This document shows, piece by piece, positions 1 through 15,560 of a DNA stretch of 64,000 nucleotides (its first letter is position 1; every line of letters starts with the position of its first letter). Where the stretch lies: positions 1 through 64,000 of the forward strand of contig JAUCBJ010007510.1 of assembly GCA_032718475.1 (NCBI GenBank), given 5' to 3'. This DNA comes from Nemertoderma westbladi (taxonomy: Eukaryota; Animalia; Xenacoelomorpha). The notes under the pieces were generated by a model, which saw nothing but the letters and a program-made list of their open reading frames with translations, was not told where the DNA came from and did no database searches. Position numbers and translations under genes: made by a program.

Positions 1-3000
1 GACACACACGAACTTTACCTTCTGTAAACCTGATCCACCACTGCTGACACCCACACACTAACTTTACCTTCTGTAAACCTGATCCACCACTGCTGACACC
101 CACACACTAACTTTACCTTCTGTAAACCTGATCCACCACTGCTGACACCCACACACTAACTTTACCTTCTGTAAACCTGACCCACCACTGCTGACACACA
201 CGAACTTTACCTTCTGTAAACCTGACCCACTGCTGGCACACACGAACTCTACCTTCTATAAACCTGACCCACTGCTGGCACACACGAACTTTACCTTCTA
301 TAAACTTGACCCACCACTGCTGACACACACACACTAACTTTACCTTATGTAAACCTGATCCACCACTGCTGACACACACACGAACTTTGCTTTATGTAAA
401 CCTGACCCACCACTGCTGACACACACACACACTAACTTTACCTTTTGTAAACCTGATCCACCACTGCTGACACCAACACCCTAACTTTACCTTCTGTAAA
501 CCTGACCCACTGCTGCTGACACCCACACACTAACTTTACCTTCTGTAAACCCGACCCACCACTGCTGACACACACGAACTTTACCTTCTATAAACCTGAC
601 CCACCACTGCTGACACACACGAACTTTACTTTATGTAAACCTGACCCACCACTGCTGAAACACACACACGAACTTTACCTTCTGTAAACCTGATCCACCA
701 CTGCTGACACCCACACATTAACTTTACCTTCTGTAAACCTGACCCGCCACTGCTGACACACACACACGAACTTTACCTTCTGTAAACCTGATCCACCACT
801 GCTGACACTCACACACTAACTTTACCTTCTGTAAACCTGATCCACCACTGCTGACACACACACACACTAACTGTACCTTCTGTAAACCTGACCCACCACT
901 GCTGACACACACACATTAACTTTACCTTCTGTAAACCTGATCCACCACTGCTGACACACACACACACTAACTTTACCTTCTGTAAACCTGATCCACCACT
1001 GCTGACACTCACACACTAACTTTACCTTCTGTAAACCTGATCCACCACTGCTGACACACACACACTAACTGTACCTTCTGTAAACCTGATCCACCACAGC
1101 TGACACACACACACTAACTTTACCTTCTGTAAACCTGATCCACCACTGCTGACACACACACACGAACTTTACCTTCTATAAACTTGACCCACCACTGCTG
1201 ACACACACACACGAACTTTACCTTTTGTAAACCTGATCCACCACTGCTGACACACACGAACTTTACCTTCTGTAAACCTGATCCACCACTGCTGACACAC
1301 ACACACTAACTTTACCTTTTGTAAATCTGGCCCACCACTGCTGACACACACACACTAACTTTACCTTTTGTAAACCTGGCCCACCACAGCTGACACACAC
1401 GAACTTTACCTTCTGTAAACCTGATCCACCACTGCTGACACCCACACACTAACTTTACCTTCTGTAAACCTGATCCACCACTGCTGACACCCAAACACTA
1501 ACTTTACCTTTTGTAAACCTGATCCACCACTGCTGACACCCACACACAAACTTTACCTTTTGTAAACCTGATCCACCACTGCTGACACCCACACACTAAC
1601 TTTACCTTCTGTAAACCTGACCCACCACTGCTGACACCCACACACTAACTTTACCTTTTGTAAACCTGATCCACCACTGCTGACACCCACACACCAACTT
1701 TACCTTTTGTAAACCTGATCCACCACTGCTGACACACACACACTAACTTTACCTTCTGTTAACCTGACCCACTGCTGGCACACACGAACTTTACCTTCTG
1801 TAAATCTGACCCACCACTGCTGAGACACACGAACTTTACTTTATGTAAACCTGACCCACCACTGCTGACACACACACACTAACTTTACCTTCTGTAAACC
1901 TGATCCACCACTGCTGACACCCACACACTAACTTTACCTTCTGTAAACCTGACCCACCACTGCTGACACACAAGAACTTTACCTTCTGTAAACCTGACCC
2001 ACTGCTGGCACACACGAACTTTACCTTCTGTAAACCTGACCCACCACTGCTGACACACACGAACTTTACCTTCTGTAAACCTGATCCACCACTGCTGACA
2101 CCCACACACTAACTTTACCTTCTGTAAACCTGATCCACCACTGCTGACACCCACACACTAACTTTACCTTCTGTAAACCTGATCCACCACTGCTGACACC
2201 CACACACTAACTTTACCTTCTGTAAACCTGACCCACCACTGCTGACACACACGAACTTTACCTTCTGTAAACCTGACCCACTGCTGGCACACACGAACTC
2301 TACCTTCTATAAACCTGACCCACTGCTGGCACACACGAACTTTACCTTCTATAAACTTGACCCACCACTGCTGACACACACACACTAACTTTACCTTATG
2401 TAAACCTGATCCACCACTGCTGACACACACACGAACTTTGCTTTATGTAAACCTGACCCACCACTGCTGACACACACACACACTAACTTTACCTTTTGTA
2501 AACCTGATCCACCACTGCTGACACCAACACCCTAACTTTACCTTCTGTAAACCTGGCCCACTGCTGCTGACACCCACACACTAACTTTACCTTCTGTAAA
2601 CCCGACCCACCACTGCTGACACACACGAACTTTACCTTCTATAAACCTGACCCACCACTGCTGACACACACGAACTTTACTTTATGTAAACCTGACCCAC
2701 CACTGCTGAAACACACACACGAACTTTACCTTCTGTAAACCTGATCCACCACTGCTGACACCCACACATTAACTTTACCTTCTGTAAACCTGACCCGCCA
2801 CTGCTGACACACACACACGAACTTTACCTTCTGTAAACCTGATCCACCACTGCTGACACTCACACACTAACTTTACCTTCTGTAAACCTGATCCACCACT
2901 GCTGACACACACACACACTAACTGTACCTTCTGTAAACCTGACCCACCACTGCTGACACACACACATTAACTTTACCTTCTGTAAACCTGATCCACCACT

Positions 3001-6000
3001 GCTGACACACACACACACTAACTTTACCTTCTGTAAACCTGATCCACCACTGCTGACACTCACACACTAACTTTACCTTCTGTAAACCTGATCCACCACT
3101 GCTGACACACACACACTAACTGTACCTTCTGTAAACCTGATCCACCACAGCTGACACACACACACTAACTTTACCTTCTGTAAACCTGATCCACCACTGC
3201 TGACACACACACACGAACTTTACCTTCTATAAACTTGACCCACCACTGCTGACACACACACACGAACTTTACCTTTTGTAAACCTGATCCACCACTGCTG
3301 ACACACACGAACTTTACCTTCTGTAAACCTGATCCACCACTGCTGACACACACACACTAACTTTACCTTTTGTAAATCTGGCCCACCACTGCTGACACAC
3401 ACACACTAACTTTACCTTTTGTAAACCTGGCCCACCACAGCTGACACACACGAACTTTACCTTCTGTAAACCTGACCCACCACTGCTGACACACACGAAC
3501 TTTACCTTCTGTAAACCTGACCCACTGCTGGCACACACGAACTTTACCTTCTATAAACCTGACCCACTGCTGGCACACACGAACTTTACCTTTTGTAAAC
3601 CTGATCCACCACTGCTGACACCCACACATGAACTTTACCTTTTGTAAACCTGATCCACCACTGCTGACACCCACACACTAACTTTACCTTTTGTAAACCT
3701 GATCCACCACTGCTGACACCCACACACTAACTTTACCTTCTGTAAACCTGATCCACCACTGCTGACACCCAAACACTAACTTTACCTTTTGTAAACCTGA
3801 TCCACCACTGCTGACACCCACACACAAACTTTACCTTTTGTAAACCTGATCCACCACTGCTGACACCCACACACTAACTTTACCTTCTGTAAACCTGACC
3901 CACCACTGCTGACACACACACACTAACTTTACCTTTTGTAAACCTGACCCACCACTGCTGACACACACGAACTTTACCTTCTGTAAATCTGACCCACTGC
4001 TGACACACACACAAACTAACTTTACCTTCTGTAAACCTGACCCACTGCTGCTGACACCCACACACTAACTTTACCTTCTGTAAACCTGACCCACCACTGC
4101 TGACACACACGAACTTTACCTTCTGTAAATCTGACCCACTGCTGACACACACACACACTAACTTTACCTTCTGTAAACCTGATCCACCACTGCTGACACC
4201 CACACACTAACTTTACCTTCTGTAAACCTGATCCACCACTGCTGACACCCAAACACTAACTTTACCTTTTGTAAACCTGATCCACCACTGCTGACACCCA
4301 CACACAAACTTTACCTTTTGTAAACCTGATCCACCACTGCTGACACCCACACACTAACTTTACCTTCTGTAAACCTGACCCACCACTGCTGACACACACA
4401 CACTAACTTTACCTTTTGTAAAACCTGACCCACCACTGCTGACACACACGAACTTTACCTTCTGTAAATCTGACCCACTGCTGACACACACTAACTTTAC
4501 CTTCTGTAAACCTGACCCACCACTGCTGACACACACACTAACTTTACCTTTTGTAAACCTGACCCACCACTGCTGACACACACTAACTTTACCTTCTGTA
4601 AACCTGACCCACCACTGCTGACACACACGAACTTTACCTTCTGTAAACCTGACCCACCACTGCTGACACCCACACACTAACTTTACCTTCTGTAAACCTG
4701 ATCCACCACTGCTGACACCCACACACTAACTTTACCTTCTGTAAACCTGATCCACCACTGCTGGCACACACGAACTTTACCTTCTATAAACCTGACCCAC
4801 TGCTGACACACACACACACACACACGAACTTTACCTTCTATAAACTTGACCCACCACTGCTGACACACACACACTAACTTTGCTTTATGTAAACCCGACC
4901 CACCACTGCTGACACACACGAACTTTACCTTCTATAAACCTGACCCACCACTGCTGACACACACGAACTTTACTTTATGTAAACCTGACCCACCACTGCT
5001 GAAACACACACACGAACTTTACCTTCTGTAAACCTGATCCACCACTGCTGACACCCACACATTAACTTTACCTTCTGTAAACCTGACCCGCCACTGCTGA
5101 CACACACACACGAACTTTACCTTCTGTAAACCTGATCCACCACTGCTGACACTCACACACTAACTTTACCTTCTGTAAACCTGATCCACCACTGCTGACA
5201 CACACACACACTAACTGTACCTTCTGTAAACCTGACCCACCACTGCTGACACACACACATTAACTTTACCTTCTGTAAACCTGATCCACCACTGCTTACA
5301 CACACACACACTAACTTTACCTTCTGTAAACCTGATCCACCACTGGTGACACTCACACACTAACTTTACCTTCTGTAAACCTGATCCACCACTGCTGACA
5401 CACACACACTAACTGTACCTTCTGTAAACCTGATCCACCACAGCTGACACACACACACTAACTTTACCTTTTGTAAACCTGATCCACCACTGCTGACACA
5501 CACGAACTTTACCTTCTGTAAACCTGATCCACCACTGCTGACACACACACACTAACTTTAGCTTTTGTAAATCTGGCCCACCACTGCTGACACACACACA
5601 CTAACTTTACCTTTTGTAAACCTGGCCCACCACAGCTGACACACACGAACTTTACCTTCTGTAAACCTGACCCACCAGTGCTGACACACACGAACTTTAC
5701 CTTCTGTAAACCTGACCCACTGCTGGCACACACGAACTTTACCTTCTATAAACCTGACCCACTGCTGGCACACACGAACTTTACCTTTTGTAAACCTGAT
5801 CCACCACTGCTGACACCCACACACGAACTTTACCTTTTGTAAACCTGATCCACCACTGCTGACACCCACACACTAACTTTACCTTTTGTAAACCTGATCC
5901 ACCACTGCTGACACCCACACACTAACTTTACCTTCTGTAAACCTGATCCACCACTGCTGACACCCAAACACTAACTTTACCTTTTGTAAACCTGATCCAC

Positions 6001-9000
6001 CACTGCTGACACCCACACACAAACTTTACCTTTTGTAAACCTGATCCACCACTGCTGACACCCACACACTAACTTTACCTTCTGTAAACCTGACCCACCA
6101 CTGCTGACACACACACACTAACTTTACCTTTTGTAAACCTGACCCACCACTGCTGACACACACGAACTTTACCTTCTGTAAATCTGACCCACTGCTGACA
6201 CACACACAAACTAACTTTACCTTCTGTAAACCTGACCCACTGCTGCTGACACCCACACACTAACTTTACCTTCTGTAAACCTGACCCACCACTGCTGACA
6301 CACACGAACTTTACCTTCTGTAAATCTGACCCACTGCTGACACACACACACACTAACTTTACCTTCTGTAAACCTGATCCACCACTGCTGACACCCACAC
6401 ACTAACTTTACCTTCTGTAAACCTGATCCACCACTGCTGACACCCAAACACTAACTTTACCTTTTGTAAACCTGATCCACCACTGCTGACACCCACACAC
6501 AAACTTTACCTTTTGTAAACCTGATCCACCACTGCTGACACCCACACACTAACTTTACCTTCTGTAAACCTGACCCACCACTGCTGACACCCACACACTA
6601 ACTTTACCTTTTGTAAACCTGATCCACCACTGCTGACACCCACACACTAACTTTACCTTTTGTAAACCTGATCCACCACTGCTGACACACACACACTAAC
6701 TTTACCTTCTGTTAACCTGACCCACTGCTGGCACACACGAACTTTACCTTCTGTAAATCTGACCCACCACTGCTGAGACACACGAACTTTACTTTATGTA
6801 AACCTGACCCACCACTGCTGACACACACACACTAACTTTACCTTCTGTAAACCTGATCCACCACTGCTGACACCCACACACTAACTTTACCTTCTGTAAA
6901 CCTGACCCACCACTGCTGACACACAAGAACTTTACCTTCTGTAAACCTGACCCACTGCTGGCACACACGAACTTTACCTTCTGTAAACCTGACCCACCAC
7001 TGCTGACACACACGAACTTTACCTTCTGTAAACCTGATCCACCACTGCTGACACCCACACACTAACTTTACCTTCTGTAAACCTGATCCACCACTGCTGA
7101 CACCCACACACTAACTTTACCTTCTGTAAACCTGATCCACCACTGCTGACACCCACACACTAACTTTACCTTCTGTAAACCTGACCCACCACTGCTGACA
7201 CACACGAACTTTACCTTCTGTAAACCTGACCCACTGCTGGCACACACGAACTCTACCTTCTATAAACCTGACCCACTGCTGGCACACACGAACTTTACCT
7301 TCTATAAACTTGACCCACCACTGCTGACACACACACACTAACTTTACCTTATGTAAACCTGATCCACCACTGCTGACACACACACGAACTTTGCTTTATG
7401 TAAACCTGACCCACCACTGCTGACACACACACACACTAACTTTACCTTTTGTAAACCTGATCCACCACTGCTGACACCAACACCCTAACTTTACCTTCTG
7501 TAAACCTGACCCACTGCTGCTGACACCCACACACTAACTTTACCTTCTGTAAACCCGACCCACCACTGCTGACACACACGAACTTTACCTTCTATAAACC
7601 TGACCCACCACTGCTGACACACACGAACTTTACTTTATGTAAACCTGACCCACCACTGCTGAAACACACACACGAACTTTACCTTCTGTAAACCTGATCC
7701 ACCACTGCTGACACCCACACATTAACTTTACCTTCTGTAAACCTGACCCGCCACTGCTGACACACACACACGAACTTTACCTTCTGTAAACCTGATCCAC
7801 CACTGCTGACACTCACACACTAACTTTACCTTCTGTAAACCTGATCCACCACTGCTGACACACACACACACTAACTGTACCTTCTGTAAACCTGACCCAC
7901 CACTGCTGACACACACACATTAACTTTACCTTCTGTAAACCTGATCCACCACTGCTGACACACACACACACTAACTTTACCTTCTGTAAACCTGATCCAC
8001 CACTGCTGACACTCACACACTAACTTTACCTTCTGTAAACCTGATCCACCACTGCTGACACACACACACTAACTGTACCTTCTGTAAACCTGATCCACCA
8101 CAGCTGACACACACACACTAACTTTACCTTCTGTAAACCTGATCCACCACTGCTGACACACACACACGAACTTTACCTTCTATAAACTTGACCCACCACT
8201 GCTGACACACACACACGAACTTTACCTTTTGTAAACCTGATCCACCACTGCTGACACACACGAACTTTACCTTCTGTAAACCTGATCCACCACTGCTGAC
8301 ACACACACACTAACTTTACCTTTTGTAAATCTGGCCCACCACTGCTGACACACACACACTAACTTTACCTTTTGTAAACCTGGCCCACCACAGCTGACAC
8401 ACACGAACTTTACCTTCTGTAAACCTGACCCACCACTGCTGACACCCACACACTAACTTTACCTTCTGTAAACCTGATCCACCACTGCTGACACCCAAAC
8501 ACGAACTTTACCTTTTGTAAACCTGATCCACCACTGCTGACACCCACACACAACTTTACCTTTTGTAAACCTGATCCACCACTGCTGACACCCACACACT
8601 AACTTTACCTTCTGTAAACCTGATCCACCACTGCTGACACCCACACACTAACTTTACCTTTTGTAAACCTGATCCACCACTGCTGACACCCACACACCAA
8701 CTTTACCTTTTGTAAACCTGATCCACCACTGCTGACACACACACACTAACTTTACCTTCTGTTAACCTGACCCACTGCTGGCACACACGAACTTTACCTT
8801 CTGTAAATCTGACCCACCACTGCTGAGACACACGAACTTTACTTTATGTAAACCTGACCCACCACTGCTGACACACACACACTAACTTTACCTTCTGTAA
8901 ACCTGATCCACCACTGCTGACACCCACACACTAACTTTACCTTCTGTAAACCTGACCCACCACTGCTGACACACAAGAACTTTACCTTCTGTAAACCTGA

Positions 9001-12000
9001 CCCACTGCTGGCACACACGAACTTTACCTTCTGTAAACCTGACCCACCACTGCTGACACACACGAACTTTACCTTCTGTAAACCTGATCCACCACTGCTG
9101 ACACCCACACACTAACTTTACCTTCTGTAAACCTGATCCACCACTGCTGACACCCACACACTAACTTTACCTTCTGTAAACCTGATCCACCACTGCTGAC
9201 ACCCACACACTAACTTTACCTTCTGTAAACCTGACCCACCACTGCTGACACACACGAACTTTACCTTCTGTAAACCTGACCCACTGCTGGCACACACGAA
9301 CTCTACCTTCTATAAACCTGACCCACTGCTGGCACACACGAACTTTACCTTCTGTAAACCTGACCCACCACTGCTGACACACACACACTAACTTTACCTT
9401 ATGTAAACCTGATCCACCACTGCTGACACACACACGAACTTTGCTTTATGTAAACCTGACCCACCACTGCTGACACACACACACACTAACTTTACCTTTT
9501 GTAAACCTGATCCACCACTGCTGACACACACTAACTTTACCTTCTGTAAACCTGACCCACCACTGCTGAAACACACACACGAACTTTACCTTCTGTAAAC
9601 CTGATCCACCACTGCTGACACCCACACATTAACTTTACCTTCTGTAAACCTGACCCGCCACTGCTGACACACACACACGAACTTTACCTTCTGTAAACCT
9701 GATCCACCACTGCTGACACCACACACTAACTTTACCTTCTGTAAACCTGATCCACCACTGCTGACACACACACACACTAACTTTACCTTCTGTAAACCTG
9801 ACCCACCACTGCTGACACACACACATTAACTTTACCTTCTGTAAACCTGATCCACCACTGCTGACACCCACACACTAACTTTACCTTCTGTAAACCTGAT
9901 CCACCACTGCTGACACTCACACACTAACTTTACCTTCTGTAAACCTGATCCACCACTGCTGACACACACACACTAACTGTACCTTCTGTAAACCTGATCC
10001 ACCACTGCTGACACACACACACTAACTTTACCTTCTGTAAACCTGATCCACCACTGCTGACACCAACACCCTAACTTTACCTTCTGTAAACCTGACCCAC
10101 TGCTGCTGACACCCACACACTAACTTTACCTTCTGTAAACCCGACCCACCACTGCTGACACACACGAACTTTACCTTCTATAAACCTGACCCACCACTGC
10201 TGACACACACGAACTTTACTTTATGTAAACCTGACCCACCACTGCTGAAACACACACACGAACTTTACCTTCTGTAAACCTGATCCACCACTGCTGACAC
10301 CCACACATTAACTTTACCTTCTGTAAACCTGACCCGCCACTGCTGACACACACACACGAACTTTACCTTCTGTAAACCTGATCCACCACTGCTGACACTC
10401 ACACACTAACTTTACCTTCTGTAAACCTGATCCACCACTGCTGACACACACACACACTAACTGTACCTTCTGTAAACCTGACCCACCACTGCTGACACAC
10501 ACACATTAACTTTACCTTCTGTAAACCTGATCCACCACTGCTGACACTCACACACTAACTTTACCTTCTGTAAACCTGATCCACCACTGCTGACACACAC
10601 ACACTAACTGTACCTTCTGTAAACCTGATCCACCACAGCTGACACACACACACTAACTTTACCTTCTGTAAACCTGATCCACCACTGCTGACACACACAC
10701 ACGAACTTTACCTTCTATAAACTTGACCCACCACTGCTGACACACACACACGAACTTTACCTTTTGTAAACCTGATCCACCACTGCTGACACACACGAAC
10801 TTTACCTTCTGTAAACCTGATCCACCACTGCTGACACACACACACTAACTTTACCTTTTGTAAATCTGGCCCACCACTGCTGACACACACACACTAACTT
10901 TACCTTTTGTAAACCTGGCCCACCACAGCTGACACACACGAACTTTACCTTCTGTAAACCTGACCCACCACTGCTGACACACACGAACTTTACCTTCTGT
11001 AAACCTGACCCACTGCTGGCACACACGAACTTTACCTTCTATAAACCTGACCCACTGCTGGCACACACGAACTTTACCTTTTGTAAACCTGATCCACCAC
11101 TGCTGACACCCACACATGAACTTTACCTTTTGTAAACCTGATCCACCACTGCTGACACCCACACACTAACTTTACCTTTTGTAAACCTGATCCACCACTG
11201 CTGACACCCACACACTAACTTTACCTTCTGTAAACCTGATCCACCACTGCTGACACCCAAACACTAACTTTACCTTTTGTAAACCTGATCCACCACTGCT
11301 GACACCCACACACAAACTTTACCTTTTGTAAACCTGATCCACCACTGCTGACACCCACACACTAACTTTACCTTCTGTAAACCTGACCCACCACTGCTGA
11401 CACACACACACTAACTTTACCTTTTGTAAACCTGACCCACCACTGCTGACACACACGAACTTTACCTTCTGTAAATCTGACCCACTGCTGACACACACAC
11501 AAACTAACTTTACCTTCTGTAAACCTGACCCACTGCTGCTGACACCCACACACTAACTTTACCTTCTGTAAACCTGACCCACCACTGCTGACACACACGA
11601 ACTTTACCTTCTGTAAATCTGACCCACTGCTGACACACACACACACTAACTTTACCTTCTGTAAACCTGATCCACCACTGCTGACACCCACACACTAACT
11701 TTACCTTCTGTAAACCTGATCCACCACTGCTGACACCCAAACACTAACTTTACCTTTTGTAAACCTGATCCACCACTGCTGACACCCACACACAAACTTT
11801 ACCTTTTGTAAACCTGATCCACCACTGCTGACACCCACACACTAACTTTACCTTCTGTAAACCTGACCCACCACTGCTGACACACACACACTAACTTTAC
11901 CTTTTGTAAAACCTGACCCACCACTGCTGACACACACGAACTTTACCTTCTGTAAATCTGACCCACTGCTGACACACACTAACTTTACCTTCTGTAAACC

Positions 12001-13770
12001 TGACCCACCACTGCTGACACACACACTAACTTTACCTTTTGTAAACCTGACCCACCACTGCTGACACACACTAACTTTACCTTCTGTAAACCTGACCCAC
12101 CACTGCTGACACACACGAACTTTACCTTCTGTAAACCTGACCCACCACTGCTGACACCCACACACTAACTTTACCTTCTGTAAACCTGATCCACCACTGC
12201 TGACACCCACACACTAACTTTACCTTCTGTAAACCTGATCCACCACTGCTGGCACACACGAACTTTACCTTCTATAAACCTGACCCACTGCTGACACACA
12301 CACACACACACACGAACTTTACCTTCTATAAATTTGACCCACCACTGCTGACACACACACACTAACTTTGCTTTATGTAAACCTGACCCACCACTGCTGA
12401 CACACACGAACTTTACCTTCTGTAAACCTGATCCACCACTGCTGACACCCACACACTAACTTTACCTTATGTAAACCTGATCCACCACTGCTGACACACA
12501 CACGAACTTTGCTTTATGTAAACCTGACCCACCACTGCTGACACACACACACACTAACTTTACCTTTTGTAAACCTGATCCACCACTGCTGACACCAACA
12601 CCCTAACTTTACCTTCTGTAAACCTGACCCACTGCTGCTGACACCCATACACTAACTTTACCTTCTGTAAACCTGACCCACCACTGCTGACACACACTAA
12701 CTTTACCTTCTATAAACCTGACCCACCACTGCTGACACACACGAACTTTACTTTATGTAAACCTGACCCACCACTGCTGAAACACACACACGAACTTTAC
12801 CTTCTGTAAACCTGATCCACCACTGCTGACACCCACACATTAACTTTACCTTCTGTAAACCTGATCCACCACTGCTGACACCCACACACTAACTTTACCT
12901 TATGTAAACCTGATCCACCACTGCTGACACCCACAAATTAACTTCACCTTCTGTAAACCTGATCCACCACTGCTGACACCCACACATTAACTTTACCTTC
13001 TGTAAACCTGATTCACCACTGCTGACACCCACACACTAACTTTACCTTCTGTAAACCTGATCCACCACTGCTGACACCCACACATTAACTTTACCTTCTG
13101 TAAACCTGATCCACCACTGCTAACACCCACACACTAACTTTACCTTCTGTAAACCTGATCCACCACTGCTGACACCCACACATTAACTTTACCTTCTGTA
13201 AACCTGATCCACCACTGCTGACACCCACACACTAACTTTACCTTCTGTAAACCTGACCCACCACTGCTGACACCCACACACTAACTTTACCTTATGTAAA
13301 CCTGACCCGCCACTGCTGACACACACACACGAACTTTACCTTCTGTAAACCTGATCCACCACTGCTGACACTCACACACTAACTTTACCTTCTGTAAACC
13401 TGATCCACCACTGCTGACACACACACACACTAACTGTACCTTCTGTAAACCTGACCCACCACTGCTGACACAAACTAACTTTACCTTTTGTAAACCTGAT
13501 CCACCACTGCTGACACACACGAACTTTACCTTCTGTAAACCTGATCCACCACTGCTGACACCCACACACTAACTTTACCTTTTGTAAACCTGATCCACCA
13601 CAGCTGACACACACACACTAACTTTACCTTTTGTAAACCTGGCCCACCACTGCTGACACACACACACTAACTTTACCTTTTGTAAACCTGGCCCACCACA
13701 GCTGACACACACGAACTTTACCTTCTGTAAACCTGATCCACCACTGCTGACACACACACACTAACTGTAC
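1..13770. repeat. Tandem satellite, ~45-51 bp monomer AACTTTACCTT(C/T)TGTAAACCTGA(T/C)CCACCACTGCTGACAC(CA)n(CT/CG), with higher-order repeats; runs off the left edge
   Basis: The monomer is continuous to ...CTAACTGTAC at 13770. Length varies through the internal (CA)n and a 3-nt CCA deletion variant. Identical or near-identical ORF-track translations recur at offsets of about 2051, 2195, 4953, 7004 and 7488 bp. Confidence 0.98.
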
Positions 13771-13814
13771 ACGGTTCCATTTACTTAGTATTCTGCAAAC
13801 AAAAATGGCCATAC

Positions 13815-14384
13815 TGTGAAGGGATCGGTCGACCCCGATTTATCCGGTTTGGTTGTTTGCTTACGCGTCCCCGCCGTGTGTAAAAGGAGTTATTGTAATT
13901 CTCCCGATGATGTTAATAATATATGTCGGTACGTATATGATAATATGAGATAATGAGATAACACAGTTAACGATGGTAATAGGCCTAAGTATACAGCAGT
14001 ACTGATGGATGATGGTGGCGACGACGGTAACAAAGTCACCGCTCTGCTGCTCTGCCCTGACTGCACTGAGATAACTGAGGTGAATGAATAGCACGACTGG
14101 TAATATATTGCACGGTTTGGCCTTATTACTGTACCTAGTCGATGCTGTCCCCCCATTGGCTAATATCCCACTTCTCGCCCTTTCACCTTCCCTGGTGTGT
14201 TTCCCGTTGCCCCTGTTGTTCTCTCTCTGTTAGGGGTTTGGCCCCTGACCCTTATTGTGTGTTTCTCCTTCCCACTTTATTGGGGTGACACGAGGTTGAT
14301 ATTGGTAATCAACCTCGTGCTCCCAATATTGCTTTACGGTTCTCACTTTATGGGGTTTGGTGAGGCGGAATTGATTCGCTAACA
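13815..14384 (-). repeat. Element 1 3' LTR (570 bp)
   Basis: Matches 21053-21620 with only a few differences; adjacent to the PPT. Confidence 0.95.
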
Positions 14385-14393
14385 CTCCCCCCC
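14385..14393 (-). promoter_or_regulatory. Polypurine tract of element 1 (equivalents at 30250-30258 and 48328-48336)
   Basis: The minus strand reads GGGGGGGAG directly into the LTR start TGTTA in all three complete copies. Confidence 0.85.
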
Positions 14394-14859
14394 ATGCTAT
14401 CTTCCCGGTGAGAAGATAGCATCAACCACTAAGTGCGCTTCAATTCCGCTGGAACTCGATCTATTATCGGGTGTGGGGTGGAGTTATTTTCTTGGAGTCG
14501 GCTTTCCAGGCCGCTCCCTATGGGTATGATCTCACTACCCTCTGGCGTCTCGTGTCGGGCCGATCGTGCGCTTCTCTCACACAATTTTTGTTTCCCCAAC
14601 ACTCTCACCACTCTAACTCCGCTCTCTGACTCAACTCGCTCTTACCCTCTCCCCACACCTGAATCGCACTCTTCTCTCTCGCCAACAGTTCCTTTCACTA
14701 TCTCCTCTCTACTCCCTGCCACTCTTTAAGGCCCTGACCTCTAATGCTACCCCTGTGCTATCATACTATCTACCTACTACTCACTTGCTAACTATCTAAC
14801 TCTCTTACTAACTCTAACTATCTCTCTAAGCCTACTAACTTTAACTCTAACTCTTCTAC

Positions 14860-15560
14860 TACGTGGCGCTTAGGGTGCCCACAACCCTCTGCTACTACCT
14901 CCATCTACGTGGCGCTTGCGGTGCCCACAACCACTCTACTACTAACTCTAACTAAAACCCTCTATCTACGTGGCGCTTGTGGTGCCCACAACCACTCTAC
15001 TATCTACCCTCTACTACTCTACTACCTGGCACCCTATGTGCCCTCTCTACTACTCTACTCTCTGGCACCCTATGTGCCCTCTCTACTACTCTACTCTCTG
15101 GCACCCTATGTGCCCGTCTCTACTACTCTACTCTATCTACATCTCCACCTCAACTAATACCTCTATCTACGTGGCGCTTGCGGTGCCCACAACCACTCTC
15201 TGCTACTACTTTCTACGTGGCGCTTCCGGTGCCCACAACCACTCTCTCTACTACTTTCTACGTGGCGCTTCCGGTGCCCACAACCACTCTCTTGCTACTT
15301 TCTACGTGGCGCTTCCGGTGCCCACAACCTCTCTACCTACTACTTTCTACGTGGCGCTTCCGGTGCCCACAACCCCTCTACTACTACTTTCTACGTGGCG
15401 CTTCCGGTGCCCACGACCCCCCTACTACTACTCGTGGCATGACAATATGCCACACTCCTTACCCCGCCGCCTTCTAACTTCTCTACTTACTATCCTTCTA
15501 CGTGGCGCTTACGGTGCCCACAACCTCCCTACTACTACTCGTGGCATGACAATATGCCAC
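14860..15560. repeat. Internal short-hairpin tandem arrays of element 1 (CTACGTGGCGCTT(C/G)CGGTGCCCACAAC, GGCACCCTATGTGCC, GGCATGACAATATGCC units)
   Basis: About 35-41 bp units are directly visible, separated by CTA/CTCTA spacers. Confidence 0.9.

Noticed and set aside
1-13812. Dozens of short minus-strand ORFs (CVSSGGSGLQKVK, CQQWWIRFTEGK) and a CRISPR-like periodicity
   Set aside because: They are translations of the satellite. Monomer lengths are mostly not multiples of 3, there are no unique spacers, no cas genes are present, and the context is eukaryotic.
13861-14382. Short ORFs inside the LTRs (also 21099-21394, 30034-30276, 41315-41533, 47810-48354, 53737-54338)
   Set aside because: They repeat only because the LTRs are duplicated, and they are not conserved between LTR variants.
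14429-14611. Conserved pre-PPT region as an integrase or chromodomain remnant
   Set aside because: No recognisable motif, and frames differ between copies; conservation is better explained by an RNA cis-element.
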